NCBI GenBank assembly: GCA_904063045.1 | Contig: CAJFCJ010000006.1 | Span: 5,348,408-5,412,407 of the forward strand | Source of the DNA: Dimorphilus gyrociliatus | Taxonomy: Eukaryota > Animalia > Annelida | Length of the DNA: 64,000 nucleotides | Direction of reading: 5' to 3' | In this document: positions 12,970 to 25,717 of the stretch, in pieces | Layout: each line of letters starts with the position of its first letter | How positions within the stretch are numbered: the stretch's first letter is position 1 | Translations under genes and position numbers: made by a program | The notes under the pieces: model-generated | What the model saw: the letters and a program-made list of their open reading frames with translations, nothing else | Databases searched by the model: none | Told to the model about the DNA's origin: nothing

Positions 12970-14730
12970 CACCACTCGATTTCCACTAATTTCGACTTTC
13001 CTCTTAAAAGCTTTGCCACATTAGAATAATTTAGATAATTAAAAAAAAAATTCAATACTATCTATTCATTCAAAATAACCAATTACTCTAGCTGTATATT
13101 GCTACTATTATTATTTAATTATGTGCTATATAATGTATATAACTAATATATACATATATACAAGTCACCTTACTCCTAGTTGATTTATAACCTCAAGTTC
13201 CGGTCGACCTAACCAACTCTCCATTTACCTAATAACCTTTGTTGACCCTTTAGTTCAATTATTTACGAATATCTGTAAAATATACGAGACTTGTAGGCGT
13301 TACGTTACGCCTTTAAATTAATGGAATAGAACATGGGAATTAAAAGAATTGGAAAGCAAGGGTGGGCGGTTTGGAAAGAAATTTAGGCCTATTTTCAAAT
13401 GTGGGTAATAAAAATAAAGAAGATAAAGAAAAACATATAAAACAGAAGTGGCATGAAGAAATAAATAAACAAAATTGTTCTATAAAAGCTCTTTATTGGC
13501 ATTCATTTCTAAAGAGTGGTTGCCCAATGAAAATTATACAGAAAGGGCTGTTGTATTCTCTCCGGTACGTAAGAAAGGTAGAATGACAGAAGAATTCATC
13601 CGAAAGATGGAGCCAAAGCGCGTAACTTTTTAAAACGAATTTGAAATCTAAGACAAAAGATTAAAAATTTAGAAGAAATGAATTAGAAAATATATCTAAA
13701 AATAGTATGAAAAAATAACGTTGTAATTATAATTTGAATAGCGAAAAAAGAGAGATATTTCGTCATTTGTAGCTAAATTAATGAAAAAAAATCTATACTA
13801 CAAGTATGTAATTAACAGGTAAAGATGATACAGTTACAGAAATTAATCATACCTAGAGGTTAACTTTGATTTTTTTTTGGTTATAAATCTATTATTACGT
13901 TCATTTAATATTGCTATTGATTGAAATTCGCCTCTATTTTTTGTGTATATACCATATTAGGTTCCATTAGAAATGACTATTTTGATGATTATTAAGTAAA
14001 TAGAGAAAGAAAACAACAAAAACAACAACTCTGATTGGAAGGAAAACTTTTTCTTCAAAAGTTTTATCTTCTTCTTCTTTTCTCCTTTTCTTTTTACTTA
14101 TCTTTCAGTTCAACTATCTTCTTCATCAGCATCCTATCTGTTATTAGTCTCTCGAGGAAGAAACAAAAAAAAGAGAGATATAGAACAAAGATATTTAATG
14201 TCTTAGAAAGCCACTTTACAAAAGATATTCCGATGAGTGATTTTCTGTTTATGAAATAATCTTGCCGCTACTAGGGTGTTTTGAATCTGTTGATCGCAAA
14301 GAGTCATTCTCATTCAATCGTTTGCAGACAGTTCAGGCATGTTTATGTTATCTGTTCTTATAACGTTTATCGGCTCGACATGTGTTTACTGTATAAGCGA
14401 AAGTGAGTATCAACTATTAAATTAAATATCATAATTACGTAATCAAAATATTATTTGGCAAGATAATTTGCTTATAGATTCATTTATCTTTTTCATTTCT
14501 TTTCAATTTGCAGTAAATTGTCCTAATTAGGTGAAGAATTGTTTAATTACAATAAACATATAGTTATTCGCTAGATAAAGTTAAGTGAAAGTTGATGTAC
14601 AGACCGGTACTTGAAAAGTAAGAAACTGCAAAAAGAGATTAGAAAAAACGGTTGATTAAAAAAAGTGGTTTTGAAAAAGATTTTATCCTGTTTTTTTGTT
14701 GCTGTCGTGGGCAACAGCTTCGCGACAGTT

Positions 14731-16079
14731 ATGGAATTTCTCCCTTTCATTCTCTTACTAATAATTTTACCTTATTTAAATATAAATATTCCTTTGAATA
14801 GGCAAAATACCCTTATTCAATTAGGTTGTAATGAAAAGCTTTTTTATTACGAATATTTTGACTACTAAGTTGTATAGAACTTTGTGATTTCCGGGTTATT
14901 TTTTCTTTCTATAACAAAACAAAAAAAAAAACAGATTTTGTGACGCAAACATGCCCCGGAAGTATTGGACCATCGTACGGAGAAGTTTTGCGCTTTGATC
15001 CTTTATCTAAACAATCTACCTATGCCGTTCCAACTAAGGATCTTGATTGTTGGGTTACCCTAAGAGGTCGACCAAATATACCTGGAACTCCTCAGAGGAA
15101 AGTTACCTTAACCTGGAGGTCAAACCCGTTTTCTTTTCGCGGCGCAGCCTACGGTACGGGTAGCGCTAATTCAGCCAACAACACTGGAACATCTGGCTGT
15201 ACTACAGCTTATCTTGAAGTATATAATGCAACTAATGATGGACGTCATATCTTACCCCCCGTGATAGGACCTACGTGCGGTGTTGTGTCTCCATCTGAAT
15301 TTACAACTACAAGTGAGGCTATTGTAGTCCACTTTTACGTTTTGGCACCGCAATCAGCCCAAGACACTGCTGGTGCCGCTCCAAATGCTTCCTCCGTTAA
15401 CGCAACAGCTGCGCCATTCCAAGGTCCATATATAAATTTTACGGCAGACTTTACCAGTTATTTTGAAGGTTCCTGTAGCGCTGACGGTATTCAAAATGAT
15501 AGAGAGCAATTACAATGCTATAATCAGCGTTGCATTCATCGTTCTTTAAGATGTGATATTTATTTCTCGAATAATTGCGGGGACAACGGAGATGTAAGAG
15601 CATCACCGCCGGGAAACTGTACTTTTACAGCAACTACAACTCCAGAGCCTGATAAACCTATTGAAGAGGAGCTACTACCTCTTTGGATACTTTTAGGATT
15701 ACTTGCATTCTTATTAATGTTGTTGTGGTGTTGTTGGAGGCCAGGTTATGGTTTATGGCGTCTATGGCGATTGAGGAACTGTTTCTGCGCGCCGTGCCGA
15801 CATGTTTGCTGCAGCTGCTGCCTTTGCAACAATGGTTGTTGTGGGCCTAGAAGTGGTTGCTATAAAGGTAGATGTTGTACTTCTTGCTGCACCGGAACTG
15901 AAAAAGATCCAGCAGTCCTAGCTGCTGGTGGTGGAGGAGCAGTGTCTCAAGGCTGTTTACCTTGTAGACAGCGTCAGAAAGAGCCAAGGCCTAAGCCAGA
16001 AGAAGACGCTGGCGGACCAGGAGGAGCTTGGATGAAATTTGCAAATGGGGACGGGGGACACGTTAGAGAATTGAGATAA
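14731..16079 (+). CDS. Type I membrane protein: signal peptide, CUB-like domain, LDLa-like module, TM helix, Cys-rich cytoplasmic tail
   Basis: Exon 14731-14824 encodes hydrophobic MEFLPFILLLIILPYL; it splices in phase 1 to 14935-16079. CUB-like DLDCWVTLRG...YLEVYN...GPTCGVVSPSEFTTTSEAIVVHF; LDLa-like LQCYNQRCIHRSLRCDIYFSNNCGDNGD; TM LLPLWILLGLLAFLLMLLW. Confidence 0.75.
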
Positions 16080-16364
16080 GAGTAAAAATATTGATTATTC
16101 ACTAAAGAAGTCATTACATAACCAGCGGATAACTGCATAGATTATTTAAATGAATGTGATGATGATCTAAACACAAATAAGTAAAATTTTTTTTTTATTG
16201 GAGTTTTTAATTGGTCATAAGCAGCTTATTTCAAGGCAGCACGAAAGATCAAGGAATTGCAGGGCTAGTTAAAAAACCATCAAAAAACTATTTGACAAAA
16301 TATAAGCGATTAAAAATATTGAGCTCGCAAGAGCAATCTTTGAAAAATACATTTTGTTTTGCAT

Positions 16365-17434
16365 TTAATTCTTCCATTTGTCTTTTATTTCAAGAGTCCA
16401 CTCCCACTCAGCATGAACCTTCTTGTCGTCATCGACAAATTTACTCTTTACTGAGTATTTGCCACGGTGTAAGAATCCGCTAGGTACATCTCGAATTTGG
16501 CTTCGAATTGTACGCAATTCTTTACTGGGTGCAAAAGAGCCAAACATTTCGCTATCATTGTCGACAGTAACAACAGCTTTCGTAACTTTATGCGTATATT
16601 TTAGACCCGAGACCATTTCGCGCTGTACCATAAAATCAACAGCAATTCTATATCTAGTACCCTCTTTTAAGTTAAACGGTTGTTTCTTTAGACCGGATAG
16701 GTCTTTACCAGAAATATCCATATCTTGATTATGACAAGCATCGTCACCTTCGCATTCCAATCGGAGAGTTTTAATGATTACCGTATTCGGATTACTTGGT
16801 TCCAAGATAATTTTTTCAGAGGTAAGACCCAAACTTTCTTTATATTTTCTCAATGACTCATCATCTGCAATAAGAATGAAATGGAAATAAAAAACAACAT
16901 TAGATTAATAAAACGGAAATATTCGCTTTCATTTTATTATCACGACCATAATAAAACTGAATTTAATATTAGCTAGTAATTTTATCTAGCCGATAATAGC
17001 AACAGATTCAACTATCTACATTTTCTCATTTTTCTCTTTAGTTATTACAAAAGAAACATAAAATATTAAGCAGTTCGTCATTTTCAATGAAAATCAAACG
17101 TTTAGATTGTCTAGACAGATTTGAGAACTAATTGTTAACAAAAAAAAGTTAAAAAATTAGCTAATTATTTTTTGTATCTATACATAAGAACTATCTATTT
17201 ATTACTTGTTTTATGAATTTTATGCTAAAGTTGCATGCAATAAATAATAATAAGTTTGGGGTTTTTATTATTACTTTTTAGTTTAGTAATAATAAACCTG
17301 TATTTAAGGTCTATATCTAAAAAAAAAAACAAACCTTGGTCTTTTTTTAGCATTTCTTCAACAGTAGCAGCGGCTGGTACTTTATATTTATGTCCAGCAC
17401 TATCACATTCATTATCACTATCGTTTGATGCCAT
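16365..17434 (-). CDS. RhoGDI: Rho GDP-dissociation inhibitor
   Basis: Exons 17335-17434 and 16365-16864 join to give KKDQDDESLRKYKESLG...LKEGTRYRI...GSFAP...RGKYSVKSKFVDDDKKVHAEWEWTLEIKDKW (199 aa). Confidence 0.95.
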
Positions 17435-17835
17435 TTTTAAAGCTTGTTAACGGGTTAACTGTAGTAAAAGAAATGAACAACTCAAGAATGCCTGATATTC
17501 TTCCGGGTGGTGCCGTATACAACCGGCACACTCCATAAAAGTCTCTTTTTAACACAGAGTACATCAGTAAATTTTAATTGAACTAAATTCTAAATATCTG
17601 AAATTCTTAAAAATCATTTTTACGTCTTTAAATTACCTTATTAATTCAAAAGTTGAACAAATTTAACGAATTTTATATCTAACATAAATTGCGAGTGTTT
17701 ACGGCAGTTGAACTACAAGTGCATATGGAGGGAAAAGATAATAACTTTATGCTCTTTTTAAAATGGCCGAATATATACTTTTCAAATAATATCCATATCT
17801 TTTCCGCTGTGTAATAGTATCGTTTTAGTCACTGT

Positions 17836-17845
17836 TGCGCATGCG
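17836..17845. promoter_or_regulatory. NRF1-like palindrome (TGCGCATGCG) in the putative RhoGDI promoter
   Basis: Motif match in a locally GC-rich island about 400 nt upstream of the RhoGDI ATG; function is inferred. Confidence 0.4.
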
Positions 17846-18346
17846 TTCCCCGCCCATCCCGCCACCATTTTAAGTAAAAAATAACTGCCAGAATTTTTAT
17901 GACAGCCCTATCTCAAAAACATAGGCCTATTTGAAATAATTAACGGTTGAGGTACTTCCATCTACTCTTAGGCCTCTTTGAGTGATATAAATAGAACTTT
18001 AGCTATATTTTAAATGAGTAGAAAAGTCCATAAATCTCAGAATATAAACGAATGGGATTAATGAAAAAGTATTTTAAGAATGTTGTAATTGTTTTGTTAT
18101 AGGATGAATAAGGATAAATAAACCATTAGCATTCTCTAGGTTGAAGTGGATGCTAACGATGTTGGGCCTTGGAAGGATTATTGACTTATAGAATGCTAGT
18201 TTCAAGTGCATAGTTATTGAATACTTGCCACTTAAATAGCCCCAACAAGCACAAACTAATAATCTTACGAATATAAAGTATATTTGTAATATTATTGTAA
18301 ATATTTGTATAATACAGGAAAGTTTGATTATGTACAAAAGTACGAA

Positions 18347-20380
18347 TTATTTTGCTTCGCCAACAACATGTTTCTGCCTTTCTGAGACATATGGAACAGC
18401 TCCAGGTTTACTATGAGCTCTTCTATTGGATTCTTTCCTCTTTTGACTCTCTCTAATTGTTGCAATTTCACTAGCAGCATTATAAATAGCTTTTGGAATA
18501 TGCCGTTTCTTAGAAATTCCTTTAATTTTCGGAAAATGTTTATATTTTTGCTTTAATTTTTGACTATAATTCATTGATTCCTTTTCTCTAGTTTTCAACT
18601 GTGAAAGTAATAATTTTTAATTAAATTTTCTATAAAATATCGTATAATAATAAAGAAATTCTTAATAATTTCTTAGGACGAAATGTATACTAACCACGCC
18701 CAATTTTTCTGAGGCATTTGCCTTCCATACACGAACATTCATTTCATCGCTGGCTGATAGTAAATATCGATTGTCCAAAGACCATAGAACACAATTAACA
18801 CGTTGCATTCTCTTGGTATGATAAACTTCAATTGATCTTCCTTTATTAACTTCAAACACTCTTATTGTCTTGTCATAACTTCCAGACACAAAAGATTTTC
18901 CAGTCGGAGAATAGTCAACATCAAGTACTGCTGAAATATGATTCATGTGGACATTTACTGGGGTCGATAATTTTCTCATATCAAATGTATATAAGCTGCG
19001 AAATGATAAAAAAAAGCTATTTTAGTTATTCTATTAACAAAAGCATTTATGATAAATGATATTTAACAGGAATTGAAAAAAATTTCAACTATAGGGAAAT
19101 AATAATATGCTATTAATTTAAAAATAACATAATTACTTGTAATCTTCATTTGCTACGGTGAATGTAAATGCTTCCAATGGATTCCATGCCAGTTTATTTG
19201 ATCGTAATTTCAAGATTACCTAAATATAAGCAATTTATAATATAGCATAGAACATATATTACAATTAAACAGACAAAGATGAAAATATATATTATATAGA
19301 TTTTATTTACTTTGCGTAATGGGTTTCTTTCTCGACAATCATATAAGACAATGCTTCTGTCAGATGCACAAGAAGCAAGTATTTCCGTCTGTAAAATTAA
19401 TTTGAAAACTTAATGGAGGAAAATCGTTTAATTAATGCAGTAAAGTAAATAACCTCTATTGGGTTAAATGCTACATGATGAATGGAATCAATTCCCCAAG
19501 TAAGAGATCTACTTGGTGTTGTTCTGCCTATATTATATATATTGACGGACTGTCCACAAGTTGCTATTACTTCTTTTGACTTATGCCGAGATAAACCTTG
19601 AGGTACGTCCTGAAAAATTTAAATAGTAAAAGATAGAGAATCTTATAATAAAAAAGAGTATTCAAGTCAAGGGCACGAACCGATGTTAAAATAGTTTGTA
19701 AGGGCTCCTCTGGTGTTATAGTATTATCCCACAACTTTATAGTTTTATCATCTCCACACTTGAAGTGCACATATAAATTTAATTATTTAATGATTGCTTT
19801 TTAAACATATATGTAAACTAACCGTCCAAAACTTTTGAGCATCACTTTCGAAATCCATACCTCTAACAAAACCGCTGTGAGTAGCGATTATTTTCGTGCA
19901 TTGTAGTTTAGGTAAGTCCCATTCTCTAACTTCTCCATCGCAAGCGCCAGTGAAAACTTTTGATAGGCTTATTGGGTGTTTGCACATTACATTTACTCCA
20001 TCCCTATGTCCATTTAAATCTCCTAAAAATGGCTTGGCAAATAATCTTTCTAATTTAGTAGCATTTAAAGCTCTTGTGTATTCTCTTGCCTCTTCGAAAG
20101 GATGTAGAGTTGGATTATAATTTCTTGGAACTGAATAAGTTTAAAGTAAGCTTTTTTATTGGTTGAAAAAAATTTAATTCTTATTTATATTTTTATTAAG
20201 TATATTTATTATATGCAAATATTAAGGATTAGATTAAGATAACCGCTTTAGATCTGAATATATCATCAGAAATTGTGACATGTTGGGCGAAAATAAGAGT
20301 AAAATACCTTTAAAGATATCTTTCTTTGTCTCCCTTACATAATCATCAGGGTTTCGACTAAGGACCTTAACCTTAGGCAT
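18347..20380 (-). CDS. DCAF13: DDB1- and CUL4-associated factor 13 (Sof1 homologue, WD40)
   Basis: Starts MPKVKVLSRNPDDYVRETKKDIFK-VPRNYNPTLHPFE; WD repeats (HISAVLDVDYSPTGKSFVSGSYDKTIRVF; YHTKRMQRV); Sof1 C-terminus RKESNRRAHSKPGAVPYVSERQKHVV. Multi-exon, GT-AG. Confidence 0.95.
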
Positions 20381-20796
20381 TTTTAAATGGCTTTTAGCTT
20401 TTAATTTTTATTTTTAATAAACTAGCAATGATATATCAATAATTTTGCTAGAAACGAGCTAAAGACTTCACACTACTTCCGTTAGAGAACCACATGGTTC
20501 CGTTGCTGCGGTTCTTCTCTTAAAAAACAATTACAAAAGCGTGAGTTAAACTAGCAATTTTGGAGCTCTAATGTTGCTACACATTTAAGTATGCGAATAG
20601 TGGATAAATTTTGCCTGCCAACATTGGAATTTTGACAGATTTCGGGTTTTAAACTTCCCCGCTTTTTATGGACACTGTAAATCAAAAGAATCACATGTAG
20701 TCAGCGACATTTTGTTCCTCTCAGAGACTTCCTCGTCAAAGACAGCCGAGTGAACCCTTTATATAAACCTTTTCATTTAAAAATATACATGAAAAT

Positions 20797-22563
20797 ATGG
20801 CATCTATCGAAGTTCAGATGCAACCGAACTCAACAGATGATCATGGGGAGTTAGATTTCGAAGAGGAGGTAGAAGAAAGGGACGATGTCAAAATGGAAGC
20901 AAAGGTATAAACAAGTCTAAATTCATTATTTTATAATAGCTTCATGGCGGCTTTTTGTAAAAGAATGAAGAGGATAATATCGATTTGAGCGAGGAGGAAA
21001 AAGCAAAAGAAGATGGAGAGGCTAGTGAACTTAGTGACGAAGGAGAACTACCAGATTCGAATTCAGACGGAGAGCTCAACTCAGATAATGACCATGAGAC
21101 AGGAGCTATTGATATAATGAATAATAGACAGATGCCAAATAGTTCTAGACCAATTTGTAGATTTTTTCTTCGTGGAGCATGTACTTGGGGTAATACTTGC
21201 CGATATTTACACTCAGATAGATTCGGAGGAAATGATGCTTGGTCTGATTGGCGATTCTCTGGCCAGAATGTGCCACCAGTAGTAGAGGCTCCAAAGACAG
21301 AGTCTGCTTGGGAAAGAGGAATGAAACAGGCGAAAGAAATGGTTAAGAATGCTTCAGCAAGAAAAAAGCAGGAACCTGATTTTAATGAGAAGAAACTCAC
21401 AATGAAAGTTGAAGAGGCTCTCCCAGTGTATGATGATCATTACTATGATCAATCTTCAGAATTCAATAGAATTCGTTATCGTAGTCCTCCTACACCTGAA
21501 CCATATGCTGCTGCGACTGGTCAATTCGAGCCCGCTCCACCTTCTGCTAAAACTAGTAGAAGAGGAGATGAATGGCACGATCCCTGGGCACGAGGTAGAT
21601 CCCCCAAGCGACGGAATAGACATGCCTCCTATTCCTCATTTTCGTCATCATCCTCATCATCAGCATCTTCATCTCGGTCAACTTCATCTTCATCTGATAG
21701 TAGTTCATCAACGGGCAAGCAACATGGAAAAAAACCTAACTCCTCGAAACCAAAACGTCAAAGGGAAGCACCTCGTGCTAATCGCGTGTCTCAAACCAAC
21801 CCTCGGTCTCGGCAAGAGAATAAATCAGGTCGTCCGAAAGAATCAGAAGAAAAGAGGACAGTATCAATAGCGAAAGCACCATCAAATTATCAAAAGGAAA
21901 CAGTAAAACGATCTCCTCCTGTTCAAAAAGTACGCCGGAAAAAATCTACATCATCAAGTAGTTCTTCGGCCAGCGAATCAACAGGTGAATCGTCTCCTGA
22001 TAGGCGAAATAAAATGGGAAAACAAAATAAGTCTAAACCTCCGGTTAATGACCCAAAAATGCAAATGAAGGGACCTCCTCCCAAAGCTAATGTACCAAAG
22101 CCTAGTATTAAGATGACTCTTACATCTACAAAGGTTTGATTGAAATTATTTTGCTTTTAACCTTAATAGAAATAAGACAACATTAATTTATTTTCAGAAT
22201 GTAGATAGAATGAATGCAGTCAAACGTCGATCGGCAATTGCTGCACGTCTCAATGATGATTCAGATTCTGAAGTTGAGCCACCTGCAAAGAAATCAGCAG
22301 TTTCAACTACAAATAAGCCAAGAGAGGAAAATATGGAAATAGTTGAAAAACCCCTATCAGTTTCTGTGCCTAGACAAAGAAGAGATTCTTCCCCAACAAA
22401 GCAGAGAATAAAAGTTGAAAAATCTCCCCCTCCACAAAAGCAATTGATTAATAAATTACCACCAGGTAATGATAAAAAGGGTTCATCAAGGAGAGAAGAG
22501 CTCTTAAAACAATTAAAGAAAGTTGAAGACGCTATAAAGAGAAAAAAGTCGAAAATGCATTAA
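20797..22563 (+). CDS. ZC3H18: Zinc finger CCCH domain-containing protein 18-like
   Basis: Exons 20797-20904, 20964-22133, 22198-22563. CCCH finger CRFFLRGACTWGNTCRYLH; ESAWERGMKQAKEM; WHDPW; Ser-rich tract; C-terminal SRREELLKQLKKVEDAIKRKK typical of ZC3H18. Confidence 0.88.
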
Positions 22564-23278
22564 TAAAATACTGAATACGCAGTTTCGGAGTGTTATTATT
22601 TCTTATTCTGATATGGTAGGAGTTAGGTTATAGTAGAACAAACTAAAGTTTGAGCGAAATTACACCATCATCCAATCGTTGTTTGTTCTCGGATGTTGTA
22701 CAAATTTCGATCATGGCAACAAATTTCATCTTGTTTTTTTGTTTTTCAACTAACTGAAAAGAATTATTGTAATAATTTTGTAAATTTTGATGTACTTTTT
22801 AGTTAAAAGATTGGTCATAATGTATTTATTATGATAAGTAATATGTTACAGAATCTTTAAAAAAATATACATTATATACATATTTTTTACACCTTGAGTA
22901 CGTTCCGGCCTTCGCCAGGTAAAAAGTAGGACCTTCCTGTATATATATGTTTGTAATTTTGCCCCAAAAAACTACTTATAGCCTATTTATTTAATAATAA
23001 TGAATTTTTAAAAATTCTTAACGGCACTTTTTTATTTTTGTATAATGATTTATTACTTAAACGAAGTCCAGATATGCAAAGTCATGGTGGGAAAAAAGTC
23101 AATTGAACTGGTATCTAATTATATTTCACATGCTTTGTCTTTTCCAAATGGGTACGGAACACAATCCGATCTAAAGTTATTTTCACACTCCAACTTTTCG
23201 AAAGTACTCAACATTTTACTTCCGCTCTCTTTACCTTTACCACGATTTTTTGGTGTTGTAAAATATTTTCAAGAAAAA

Positions 23279-24158
23279 ATGGCTCAATCAGCTCAAGAAT
23301 TTAGTATTGTTAATAATGAAACCCTTATCACTTGCCCTTATGATCCTGTTCACAAAATTCGAGCTAAGAAAATTATGTACCATTTAAGCAAGTGTTCAAA
23401 AGTAGGTTAAAACATATGACGGGTAATCTTTTAATAATTTTTCTTCAACTATTGCAGAGCCATAGGTACTACTCTGGGAAAGTTCTTACTTGCTTATATG
23501 ACAGTACCCATGTCATAAGAGAGGACGAATATTATGACCACATGAAAGTTTGTAGTCAAAGGCATACTATCTGCCAAGAAATGACTCCTCAATATGGTAA
23601 ATGTGTCTTGAACAAATTTTACTTTTAAACATTTCATAATATTATCTTTCTTTCAGAGGAAAAGTTGGGTAATAACCCGTTTACAAGGGAGACTTTTTCG
23701 GATGACCGCTATCAAGCGGAAGAAGACTGGGGAGCTGAAATAGGTGATTATGATGGCTCGAACAATCAATCAATGAATGCAAAGCTACTGAATCAAAAAG
23801 CAAGCGTGATTCCTGTAGAAAAGATACAAGGGTAATTTTATAGCTACATTTTAATATTAGCAACTGAGTGTAAAACTGAAATATTTTTCGTCATAGTTTA
23901 TCAAGATATCATAAGAGATTGTATCTACATTACTTTGGAGCTAAACTCAAGGCTGAAGACGATAATTCCAGTCTGCCGGAACTACCGTTTGAATGTAAAC
24001 TTAAAGCCTACTAATTCAATTTTTTTAAAACTTTTTTTATTCTCCCAGTAAAGCATTTGCCGAATTTTCAAGAAGATCTAGGTTTAGGCTCTACTAGACC
24101 AATAGTTGCCGGCAGAGGTAGAGGACATTCTAGCATTACTTACAACAATTGTTTTTGA
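23279..24158 (+). CDS. GTSF1: Gametocyte-specific factor 1 / Asterix-like (two CHHC Zn fingers)
   Basis: CPYDPVHKI...HLSKC and CLYDSTHVI...HMKVC; EEDW motif; C-terminal AGRGRG. Exons 23279-23401, 23458-23596, 23657-23831, from 23897, and a last exon ending at TGA 24156-24158. Confidence 0.85.
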
Positions 24159-24740
24159 TTTTTAACGAATAATAATTCTGTAGACAAGTTGAAAATTGAT
24201 GAAATATATTAAAATGCTTTACGTTATATTATGACTTAATGGTTATATAAAATATAATTTGTTTGTTCAAACTTTCGTAATGAGATTGAACAGCTATAAA
24301 CAATACTTAAGTGTTTTTTCTATACTCATTTGGTCTGAATAATAAACAGTTGAACTAATAAGATACTTTTATCTCTTATCAATATTCAAAAAAAAGAATA
24401 ATAGTTGAGATGAACGTCTAATCTATATTTTAACGAATTGAAAAGTATGTTTATTGAAAATTTTATGGCAAGAAACAAATAATATAGAAATATTTTGAAC
24501 GTTTCCTCTTTACAGAATATGTTTAAATTACTCTGTGTTTTTTTTTATCTTTCTTTTTGTTATGTTTCTATCTATTTCTTCTCTTCGTTTCAAGAAGATA
24601 AAGAATAAAAGATAAGGATAAAAACAAAATTTAAAGCTAAACTTTTAAAAAATATTATTTATGGAAAATATCATTATAAAATTGAAATTTTGAACTTTTT
24701 TATATATTGACCACACCCACCAGCTAATGCTTGTACGTTT

Positions 24741-25241
24741 TTAATAACGATTCAACATTTCGTATTTAACCGAACCTCTTTTCTTTTTGAAATGCTTCTG
24801 CTTTGAAAAGATATTTAGACAACACCAATTTGTTGAGTTCTTTACCGGTTTACCATCGTCAATTTTCTTGTAAATATCAAGTTTATTCTCGTGAAAATCA
24901 AATTTTTCTTCTTTCCGATGATTATCTAACACTACTCGATTAACAGTATCAAAATCTTTTCTATCTCGATTCTTGAATGGTAATTTTGGTAATTTTATGC
25001 AACTTGTACTCTCCATATTATTTGAAGGGTTAACATTAAAACTCTCCTCCTTCTCACTTTTTGATGTTATAGCATAAACTTGTTCACTTTTATCGTTGTT
25101 AGAATATATAGTTGTTGTTGGAGAATTTATTCCAAATAAGCCTAGATCTATGAATTTGTTATTTGACAATCGGCGAGCGTATATTTCAGATATTGGTGTA
25201 TAAGATTGACTACTGTCTATACCAATGTCGTTGATATCCAT
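24741..25241 (-). CDS. Uncharacterised 166-aa ORF
   Basis: Open ATG-initiated frame in otherwise stop-rich AT DNA; no family recognised; C-terminal NWCCL followed by a basic tail. Confidence 0.45.
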   Translation of the reverse strand: MDINDIGIDSSQSYTPISEIYARRLSNNKFIDLGLFGINSPTTTIYSNNDKSEQVYAITSKSEKEESFNVNPSNNMESTSCIKLPKLPFKNRDRKDFDTVNRVVLDNHRKEEKFDFHENKLDIYKKIDDGKPVKNSTNWCCLNIFSKQKHFKKKRGSVKYEMLNRY

Positions 25242-25717
25242 ATTTTTTTGTATACAGCTGATTTTCCTTTATATTTCGACTGTCGACTTTCCAAACGCAA
25301 ACAACGTTATATGACACACTGAGTAGTGCTCTAATTTCTTTTTTGGACGCTTTTCATAAGTAGGCACGTACCCTTGCTAAAAAAAAAAAACAAACATTAT
25401 AGTAGGTCTATATCATCTAGATTAGAGACCAAATCTTAAATATCACCATATCATATTATTTCCATGTAAATAAGGTATTTTCCTTTTTCTTTTTATTATT
25501 ATTATTACATTAAAGGACGCCATCTTTTATTAATAATACTACTATTTATATATATATATATACATGTAATAAAATTATAAATTATACAATCTAATATTAA
25601 ATATAAATATACATATATTAATAGGCCTAGCCAAAGTAAAATATAGTCGAACGCGTCAAAACGAATAGAATTCTCGTCTACAATTCATATCTTTTGTTTT
25701 TATTTTTTATTTTCCAA

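Noticed and set aside
20942-21870. ORFs 20942-21400 (-) and 21409-21870 (+, alternative frame)
   Set aside because: Shadows of the ZC3H18 coding exon.
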